DNA from: Candidatus Tayloriibacteriota bacterium
Lineage (GTDB): Bacteria > Patescibacteriota > Minisyncoccia > Phycocordibacterales > PALSA-1337
Assembly: GCA_028286665.1 (NCBI GenBank)
Contig: JAQBRD010000012.1
Location: 841-64,840, forward strand
Reading direction: 5' to 3'
Length of the DNA stretch: 64,000 nucleotides
Part shown: positions 56,977-64,000 of the stretch, piece by piece
Position numbering within the stretch: the first letter of the stretch is position 1
Layout: every line of letters starts with the position of its first letter
Position numbers and translations under genes: made by a program
Notes under the pieces: generated by a model
Told to the model about the DNA's origin: nothing
What the model saw: the letters and a program-made list of their open reading frames with translations, nothing else
The model's database searches: none

Positions 56977-57150
56977 ATGGAAATGCAAATGGATATGAAA
57001 GGATTGGACAAGGCGTGCGCATGCAAGTCGGACAAGGTCGCCGGAGCATGCTGCAAGAAGGACGAGAAATGCCCATGCGGTTCGAACGAGAAGGTGAGCA
57101 AATGCTGCGTTGAGCGAATGACTGAAACCGCTCAATCATCAAATGCCTAG
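56977..57150 (+). CDS. 57-aa Cys-rich protein with tandem SEC-C-like motifs
   Basis: CACKSDKVAGACC and CPCGSNEKVSKCC; TACAAT 6 nt upstream. Confidence 0.75.
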   Translation: MEMQMDMKGLDKACACKSDKVAGACCKKDEKCPCGSNEKVSKCCVERMTETAQSSNA

Positions 57151-58495
57151 CCGATCGAATACCCCACAGCAGCAGACTCGCATCTTCGAAGACTACAGGA
57201 AAGCTGTGGCGTTTGTTGAGAGCTTCTCGAATACGTCCCTCCGCAATAACTTCGGCCCCGAGAAGCGCGATCCCTCCTTCTATCTCGACCGTCCTCGCTG
57301 GTTCTGCAAGCTCATCGGCAATCCCGAAGCTGCTTTCAAGTGCGTTCATATCACCGGCACTGCCGGCAAAGGCAGCGTCTCGACGATGACGCACGAGATC
57401 CTGCTCGCTGCAGGGAAGAAAGCCGGCCTCTTCACTTCGCCCTATGTCACGACGACGATCGAGAAGTTCCGCGTCGGCAATGCATATATTTCTCCGAAGG
57501 AATTCGTCGAGACAGTCGAATATCTGAAGCCATTCATCGAGCAGGCGAAGTCCGGTCCGTACGGCGCGCCCTCGGCATTCGACATATTCGTCGCTATCGC
57601 TTTCATCTTCTTCAAGAATCACGGATGCGAATGGGTCGTGCTCGAGGTCGGCCTCGGCGGCAGATATGATTCGACGAATGTCATCGAGCGTCCGGCAGTC
57701 ACCGCGATCACCAATATCGACTACGATCATACGGAAATTCTCGGCAAGACCCTCGGCCTCATCGCGTACGACAAGGCTGGCATCATAAAGAACGGCAGCG
57801 CATTCTTCACGACCGAACAGCGCCCTGCGCTGCTCTCGCTCTTCCGGAAGATCTGCAAGGAGCAGGGGGCGACTTTCAATCATATTCCGAAACAGAAAAG
57901 CTATGCCGACTACAACCGCCTTCTCGCGAGCAGCATCGCCAAGGCTGCCGTCAGCGCGTATGGAGGCGAAATCACCCAGGCGCAGATCGATGCGGGACTC
58001 GCCCATGCCAAGCTCCCGTGCCGCTTCGAAATCATCCAGGAGAATCCGCTCATCATCCTCGACGGCGCGCATAATCGCGCGAAGATACAGAGCACTGTTG
58101 AAAACTTGAAGCAGCTTCGCCGAAAGACAAAGACGGCGGGCGGCTTCAAGCGCCTCATCGCCATCGTCGCTATTTCGGATACGAAGAAGGACAATCGCGC
58201 GATCCTCGAGCCGCTCGCCGCCGTCGCTGACGTGATCTACGCCACCTCGATCGAGAAAGGCGAGCGGCGGTCAGTCCACCCTGCGGCACTCCTCCCGTAT
58301 ATAGAGAAATACAAGAAATCAAAAGCCACCGTCGAGGTCGTTCTTGATGCGCATATGGCGCTCAAGAAAGCCCGCGCCGCCGCAGCGGCTTCAGACTGCA
58401 TCATCGCCACCGGTTCTTTTTTCCTTGCCGGAGAACTCCGCACCGAATGGTATCCGGAGGAATGGGTACTCGAGCATCTGAAGAGCTTCAGATAA
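57143..58495 (+). CDS. folC: folylpolyglutamate/dihydrofolate synthase
   Basis: HITGTAGKGS, FTSP, EVGLGGRYDSTN, DGAHN, TGSFFL. Confidence 0.93.
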   Translation: MPSRSNTPQQQTRIFEDYRKAVAFVESFSNTSLRNNFGPEKRDPSFYLDRPRWFCKLIGNPEAAFKCVHITGTAGKGSVSTMTHEILLAAGKKAGLFTSPYVTTTIEKFRVGNAYISPKEFVETVEYLKPFIEQAKSGPYGAPSAFDIFVAIAFIFFKNHGCEWVVLEVGLGGRYDSTNVIERPAVTAITNIDYDHTEILGKTLGLIAYDKAGIIKNGSAFFTTEQRPALLSLFRKICKEQGATFNHIPKQKSYADYNRLLASSIAKAAVSAYGGEITQAQIDAGLAHAKLPCRFEIIQENPLIILDGAHNRAKIQSTVENLKQLRRKTKTAGGFKRLIAIVAISDTKKDNRAILEPLAAVADVIYATSIEKGERRSVHPAALLPYIEKYKKSKATVEVVLDAHMALKKARAAAAASDCIIATGSFFLAGELRTEWYPEEWVLEHLKSFR

Positions 58496-58501
58496 GAAGT
58501 C

Positions 58502-59011
58502 TTACTTTTTCGCAATTTTCGATCGCGAGAATTCTCCCCACTCTTTCAGGAAATCAGAGCTGCTCCACAGCTTGCTCAAGCCGACGCCGGATACGATCTC
58601 GATGCCATGATCCTGACAGACCTTCCATTCGGGAATCGTCGATTCGTCGATCCGATCGCCGCCTTTGGTGAAGACGTGCGGACGGATTCTTTTCAATGCT
58701 TCGCATACTGTCTGATCGCCTTCGATCTCGAAGGGAATGACATAATCCACGCCTTTCAGATATGAAACGATCTGGCAGCGCGTCTTGATATCCATGAACG
58801 GCTTGCCTTTTTTCGCTTTCAGGAAGCTGTCGCCATTCACGATGACGACGATGGTATCGCCGTATCGCTTCGATTCATGGATGCAGGAGATGTGCCCGGG
58901 ATGGATCGGATCGAAGCCGCCGGAGGTGCAGACGATCGTGCCGAGCCTTTTGCCAAGCTTGAGCCGCAGCGCGTCGAATTCTTCGAAGGAGATGATCGGA
59001 GCAGGTTTCAT
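58502..59011 (-). CDS. cytidylyltransferase-like (RibL/TagD-like) nucleotidyltransferase
   Basis: GGFDPIHPGH, KGGD, SSS. Confidence 0.9.
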   Translation of the reverse strand: MKPAPIISFEEFDALRLKLGKRLGTIVCTSGGFDPIHPGHISCIHESKRYGDTIVVIVNGDSFLKAKKGKPFMDIKTRCQIVSYLKGVDYVIPFEIEGDQTVCEALKRIRPHVFTKGGDRIDESTIPEWKVCQDHGIEIVSGVGLSKLWSSSDFLKEWGEFSRSKIAKK

Positions 59012-59118
59012 CTGGTGTTCGTTATGGAATCAGTATATCGCGGCTTCGAAAAAGAGAGTAGCCCGATCCGGATATGATATAATAGCTGGAACTTGCCACT
59101 TCGTAATCAATGTAAGAG

Positions 59119-60975
59119 ATGAAACCAGTCACTAATTCATATGCGCGCGCTGATTTTGCGATAGCAATTCTCATTGCTGCGATATTGTTCGTCGGCTTCG
59201 TGCTCTACACCGTCCAGCCGGTATCGGCCAGCATGCAGCTCTGGTTCCTCCTGCTCCCGATCGTCATCATCATCGGCTCGCTGCCGCTTCTTTTCGAGAT
59301 CATCAGCTCGCTTTCGCGCGGGCATTTCGGCGTCGACATCATCGCGCTCGTCGCTATCATTTTTTCCCTTTCCACGGGCGAGACGATCGCGGGAGCCATC
59401 GTGCTGCTCATGCTTTCCGGAGGGGATTCGCTTGAGCATTTCGCCCAGCGCCGAGCGAGATCGTCCATCGAACGCCTCCTGCAGCGGGCGCCGACGATCG
59501 CTCATCTTCATCGTCGCCAAGAGATCGTCGATGTGCCGGTAAGCGAAATCAGAGCCGGAGATATCCTCATCGTGAAGCCTGGCGAGATCATCCCGCTCGA
59601 CGGAACGATCATCGAAGGCATGTCCATCATCGATGAGTCCGTCATCACCGGAGAGCCGCTTCCTCGGGATGTCCTCGCGGGAAGCCAGATCGTGAGCGGC
59701 ACGACCAATGGCGCGGGTCTCATCAAGTTCCAAGCGTCGGACTCATACGAGAAGAGCGTCTTCGCCGGCATCCTTCGGCTCACAAGCCAGGCCGAAGCTC
59801 AGAAAGCACCCATCATCCATCTCGCCGATACCTACAGCGTATTCTTTACCGCAATCACGTTCGCGATCGCATGCTTCGCCTGGATCATCAGTCCGAAGCT
59901 CGCTACTGCAGTGCTTGTCGTCGCCACTCCGTGTCCGCTCATCCTCGCGGCGCCAATCGCGTTCATCGCCGGCATGGGCCGCGCCGCGAGGAAGGGCATC
60001 ATCGTGAAGCATGGCGGCGTCTTCGAGACGCTCGTGAAGGCAAAAGCTTTCTTCTTCGACAAGACCGGAACGCTCACCTTCGGCATACCGTCAGTCGAGA
60101 AGGTCATCGTGCTCAGCTCTTCTTCCGAAGGCAAGAAGGATCTGACTGAAAAGCAGATCATTCGGGACGCTGCTTCGCTCGAGCAATTCTCGACGCATGT
60201 CCTCGCGCAGGGAGTCGTGACGTTGGCGAAGGAACTCGGCATATCGCTCATGACCCCTGACAATATCCAGGAAACTGTCGGCGGCGGCATTATCGGAACC
60301 ATCGACGGCCGGCAGTACGCGATCGGAAAGCTTTCATTCATCGCGTCATTCGGCATCGCCATGCCGCAGCTCGCGCAGCTGGAGAAGCCCGGCAAGCCTG
60401 CAGTCTACATCGCCTGCGACGGCAAGCTCATCGGCCAGCTCATCTTCTCCGATAAGGTCCGAGCGAACGCGCCTGAAGTCCTCAAGCGCATTTCCGATGC
60501 CGACGTCGAAACGATTCTCATCACCGGCGACGCGCAGGAGCGGGCAGCGGAAGTCTCGAAAGCTCTCGGGTTCACTGGCGTGCGCGCGAATTGCCTTCCT
60601 TCTGACAAGGTCGCCTGGGTCCAGGAATTCGAATTGCGGAATAAGCCCGTCGCGATGATCGGCGACGGCGTGAATGATGCGCCAGCTCTTGCTGCAGCTT
60701 CCGTCGGCATCGCTCTCGGATCGCATGGCGCGACTGCCGCCACAGATGTCGCCGACGCGGTCATCATCGTCGACGACATCAGCAAGGTCGCCGATCTCGT
60801 CGACATCAGCCGCCGCACCATGCGGATCGCGCGCCAGTCCATGGTCGCCGGAATGATACTGAGCCTGATCGCTATGGTCGCCGCTTTCCTCGGCTTCATA
60901 CCGCCGGTCCAGGGCGCGATCCTTCAGGAAGTCATCGATGTGCTCGTCATTTTCAATGCGCTGAGAGCCTTGTAA
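59119..60975 (+). CDS. P1B-type heavy-metal ATPase
   Basis: TGEP, TPCP, DKTGT, GDGVNDAP. Confidence 0.95.
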   Translation: MKPVTNSYARADFAIAILIAAILFVGFVLYTVQPVSASMQLWFLLLPIVIIIGSLPLLFEIISSLSRGHFGVDIIALVAIIFSLSTGETIAGAIVLLMLSGGDSLEHFAQRRARSSIERLLQRAPTIAHLHRRQEIVDVPVSEIRAGDILIVKPGEIIPLDGTIIEGMSIIDESVITGEPLPRDVLAGSQIVSGTTNGAGLIKFQASDSYEKSVFAGILRLTSQAEAQKAPIIHLADTYSVFFTAITFAIACFAWIISPKLATAVLVVATPCPLILAAPIAFIAGMGRAARKGIIVKHGGVFETLVKAKAFFFDKTGTLTFGIPSVEKVIVLSSSSEGKKDLTEKQIIRDAASLEQFSTHVLAQGVVTLAKELGISLMTPDNIQETVGGGIIGTIDGRQYAIGKLSFIASFGIAMPQLAQLEKPGKPAVYIACDGKLIGQLIFSDKVRANAPEVLKRISDADVETILITGDAQERAAEVSKALGFTGVRANCLPSDKVAWVQEFELRNKPVAMIGDGVNDAPALAAASVGIALGSHGATAATDVADAVIIVDDISKVADLVDISRRTMRIARQSMVAGMILSLIAMVAAFLGFIPPVQGAILQEVIDVLVIFNALRAL

Positions 60976-61025
60976 ATCAAGGGTATTCGGAATCTTTTCC
61001 GTACCGCGGGATATGCGAAATATCC

Positions 61026-61241
61026 TTGCTTTTTATTTTTAATGGTGGTATAGTATATACGTAGGCGAGCACATCGAATGTTCACCACCCTCCTCATCAT
61101 TTTGAGGATTCGCCAGGATCATTTCATCTTTGAAATCTTCCTCCGGCATTGATCTGTCTGTCATTTTTTGTTTTGTTTCCAGCCTGTTCCTCGGTTCCTC
61201 CATGCATGGCCACGACTCTCCTAGTCGTGGCCAGCTTTTTT
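61026..61241 (+). ncRNA. candidate small RNA / short-ORF transcript
   Basis: TTGCTT-17 nt-TATAGT promoter; terminator TGGCCACGACT/AGTCGTGGCCA + T-run; only a 24-aa ORF inside. Confidence 0.45.
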
Positions 61242-61272
61242 ATATTTATGCCGATAGCGGTATACTATCCAT

Positions 61273-63195
61273 ATGATCTACTTCATCCTCTCATTCGTCG
61301 GCGGAATCCTCACGGTCCTCGCGCCATGCGTGCTGCCGCTCTTGCCAGTCATCGTCGGCGGTTCGATCTCGAATGGGGCAAATGACAAAGGCCAGGCTGG
61401 AACGCAGCCTGCTGACAGGAAGCGCGCGCTGATCATCACGATATCGCTCGGCATCTCGGTCATGCTCTTCACCTTCATCTTGAAGGTGAGCACGCTGTTC
61501 ATCATGATCCCGCAGTCTGTCTGGACATGGATCTCGGGCGGCATCATTGTCATCTTCGGCGCGATCACGCTGTTCCCGAGCCTCTGGGAAAAAGTGAAAT
61601 TCATGTCGAAGCTCAATCGCTCGTCGAACAAGGCGATGGGCGCAGGCTACATGAGAAAGAGCGTGCTGGGCGACATCATCATCGGCGCGTCGCTCGGTCC
61701 GGTCTTCTCGACCTGCAGTCCGACGTATTTCGTGGTCCTCGCGACGGTGCTTCCGATGAGCCCGCTCGCCGGCTTCATCGATCTTCTCGCATATACCGCC
61801 GGCCTCTGCGGAGCGCTTCTCATCATCTCGCTTGTCGGACAGAAAGTCATGGCGAAGCTCGACATCGCAGCTGATCCGAAAGGCTGGTTCAAGAAGACGC
61901 TCGGCATCATCTTCATCATCGTCGGCTTCATGATCCTCGGCGGCGCGGACAAGAAGCTCGAGGCATGGCTCCTCACGTCCGGATTTTTCGATGTCACGAA
62001 GATCGAGCAGAGCCTCCTGCGTTCGGCTGACCAGACTGATATGCCGATTCCGCCGTCGACGACCGATGTCATCATGGGAACTTCGACCGAATCGAGTGCA
62101 GGGCAGGCGTCATTCCTAAGCGCTGCCGAAAAGGCAGTCCGGTTCAAGAAATCTCCCGAGATCGTCGGCGCGAGCGGCTTCATCAATACGAAAGGCCTCG
62201 GTGCAAATCCCGCTGACGATCATGCGTCGATTACCGTCGCGCAATTCAAGGGAAAGAAAGTCGTGCTTCTCGATATCTGGACATACAGCTGCATCAATTG
62301 CCAGCGCACGCTTCCGTACGTCGAAAGCTGGTACGACAAGTATGCCGATACGGGCCTCGAGATCATCAGCATCCATACGCCGGAATTCTCATTCGAGAAA
62401 GTGCAGAAAAACGTAGAGGATGCCGCGAAGCGTCTCGGCGTGAAATATCCGATCGTTCTCGACAACGACTACTCGACATGGAACGCGCTGCACAATCAAT
62501 ACTGGCCGCGCAAATATCTCGTCGATATCGACGGCTACATCGTCTATGATCATATCGGCGAAGGGAATTACGATGAAACCGAGAAGGCGATTCAGAAAGC
62601 CCTTATCGAGCTCCATGGTCGCAATGGCGAAACGATGCCGATGCCGGCAGTGACTTCGTTCTCGACGCCGGCTGCTGGCAGCATGAAGCCCGTGAGCTAT
62701 GACGGCGCGCGAGTCGGCAGTCCCGAAGTGTATTTCGGTGCCGGCAGGAACGAGTACTTGGCGAATGGCCGACAAGGCATGAGTGGCGATCAGTCTCTTG
62801 TCGCGCCGGATGCTTCGAAGGCTCAAAAAAATGCTCTCTATCTCGGCGGCACCTGGTCATTCGAGAGCGAATTCGCTGAGGAGAAATCAGCGAGCGCAGC
62901 AGCTCCGGCTACCGTTCTCTTCAGATACAATGCGAAAAATGTGTACATGGTCGCGAGTGCCGACAAAGCCATCGCGCCGAACGGCGTCGAGATCGAGGTG
63001 TATAAGGATGGCGTGAAGCAGTGCGGCGTAAGCGGTGCCGGCAATTTCTGTTCAGCTAATTCATCAGCCCCTTCGGTGATCATCAATGCCGAGCAGCTCT
63101 ATCAGCTTATCGAAGGCGACAGCTACGGCGAGCACACCCTCGAGATCCGCATCAAGAAGGGCGGACTGAAAGCCTTCACGTTCACCTTCGGCTAG
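61273..63195 (+). CDS. dipZ: DipZ-like protein (CcdA membrane domain + thioredoxin)
   Basis: PCVLP...CSP TM cysteines; WTYSCINC; YWP; C-terminal FTFG. Confidence 0.9.
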   Translation: MIYFILSFVGGILTVLAPCVLPLLPVIVGGSISNGANDKGQAGTQPADRKRALIITISLGISVMLFTFILKVSTLFIMIPQSVWTWISGGIIVIFGAITLFPSLWEKVKFMSKLNRSSNKAMGAGYMRKSVLGDIIIGASLGPVFSTCSPTYFVVLATVLPMSPLAGFIDLLAYTAGLCGALLIISLVGQKVMAKLDIAADPKGWFKKTLGIIFIIVGFMILGGADKKLEAWLLTSGFFDVTKIEQSLLRSADQTDMPIPPSTTDVIMGTSTESSAGQASFLSAAEKAVRFKKSPEIVGASGFINTKGLGANPADDHASITVAQFKGKKVVLLDIWTYSCINCQRTLPYVESWYDKYADTGLEIISIHTPEFSFEKVQKNVEDAAKRLGVKYPIVLDNDYSTWNALHNQYWPRKYLVDIDGYIVYDHIGEGNYDETEKAIQKALIELHGRNGETMPMPAVTSFSTPAAGSMKPVSYDGARVGSPEVYFGAGRNEYLANGRQGMSGDQSLVAPDASKAQKNALYLGGTWSFESEFAEEKSASAAAPATVLFRYNAKNVYMVASADKAIAPNGVEIEVYKDGVKQCGVSGAGNFCSANSSAPSVIINAEQLYQLIEGDSYGEHTLEIRIKKGGLKAFTFTFG

Positions 63196-63223
63196 CATCA
63201 TATGCTATCGAAATAAAAAATAT

Positions 63224-63802
63224 ATGAATAAAGAAATAAAAAATAATGAAGTCGCGATTTTCGGAGGAGGCTGCTTCTGGTGCACGGAAGCGGTCTTCAA
63301 GATGCTCAAAGGCGTTTCCGCAGTCATGCCTGGCTATGCAGGCGGCAAATTCGCCAACCCCACGTACGAGCAGGTCTGCGATGGCAATACTGGCCATGCC
63401 GAGGTCATTCATATCGAATACGATCCGTCTGTCGTCGGCTACGACAAGCTCCTCATGGTCTTCTTCGGCTCGCATGATCCGACTACCCGCAACCGACAGG
63501 GGAACGACGTCGGCACGCAGTATCGTTCCGTCATTTTCTATACGACGCCAGAACAGAAGGCGATCGCAGAGAAATTCATCGCAGACATCAATGCCTCGAA
63601 CAAGGACGGCAAGCCGATCGTGACAGAGGTCGTGCCGCTCGAGACCGGAGCTGACGCACCAGGCGGCTTCTATCCAGCCGAGTCATATCATCACGACTAT
63701 TTTGCCCGCAACAAGGGCAATCCGTACTGCGAAGTGATCATCAATCCGAAGCTCGAAAAAGTTCAGAAAATGTTCGCAGATCTTATCAGCGATAATCAAT
63801 AA
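63224..63802 (+). CDS. msrA: peptide methionine sulfoxide reductase A
   Basis: [28 protein letters not shown]. Confidence 0.97.
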   Translation: MNKEIKNNEVAIFGGGCFWCTEAVFKMLKGVSAVMPGYAGGKFANPTYEQVCDGNTGHAEVIHIEYDPSVVGYDKLLMVFFGSHDPTTRNRQGNDVGTQYRSVIFYTTPEQKAIAEKFIADINASNKDGKPIVTEVVPLETGADAPGGFYPAESYHHDYFARNKGNPYCEVIINPKLEKVQKMFADLISDNQ

Positions 63803-63807
63803 AATAT

Positions 63808-64000
63808 ATGGAAACAAATATGAATGAAGACGAATTGAAAGCGAAGCTCACGCCCGAGCAATACAAAGTTCTCCGCGAGCATGGCACCGAGGCTCCTGGC
63901 AGCGGCAAATATCTCCATGAGAAGCGCGAAGGGAAGTATCATTGCGCAGCGTGCGGCAATGCGCTCTTCTCGTCCGATGCGAAATTCGAATCCGGCACCG
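63808..64000 (+). CDS. msrB: methionine-R-sulfoxide reductase B (truncated by the window end)
   Basis: [15 protein letters not shown]...[18 protein letters not shown]. Confidence 0.93.
   Translation, partial: METNMNEDELKAKLTPEQYKVLREHGTEAPGSGKYLHEKREGKYHCAACGNALFSSDAKFESGT

Noticed and set aside
175-63623. Many long antisense or alternate-frame ORFs (e.g. 3745-4680, 34677-35597, 53817-55094, 56672-58072)
   Set aside because: They are shadows of well-supported genes, explained by codon bias that avoids antisense stops, and carry no motifs
1-64000. Alternative genetic code (UGA=Gly, code 25)
   Set aside because: TGA ends full-length genes (murB, aldolase-flanking genes such as the pilin, ECF sigma) and conserved ORFs are uninterrupted under code 11

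Overview
64 kb of bacterial chromosome that looks like Patescibacteria/CPR (Parcubacteria-like; inferred from gene content, missing Shine-Dalgarno motifs, giant Ser/Thr-rich surface proteins and standard code 11). It holds housekeeping genes (murB, secA, obgE, gatB, tgt, class II aldolase, rplY, folC, msrA/msrB), two tandem giant secreted tail-fibre-like proteins ending in a peptidase S74 chaperone domain, a beta-helix surface protein, tRNA-Gln(CUG), and a long mosaic of accessory genes. The most striking signals are non-coding: (1) two adjacent, separately promoted RNAs upstream of murB that are mutually complementary; (2) a stand-alone 160-nt tRNA-like RNA with a large multi-hairpin insert; (3) an integrase-less islet at tRNA-Gln closed by a hairpin-rich element that repeats the tRNA 3' end; (4) a complete 1:2/2:3/3:4 attenuator with a single His codon ahead of a hisG-hisI mini-operon; (5) a four-site ECF sigma promoter motif; and (6) pervasive leaderless gene architecture. 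No CRISPR array, integrase, transposase or reverse transcriptase was seen. All calls are by eye, with no database searches.
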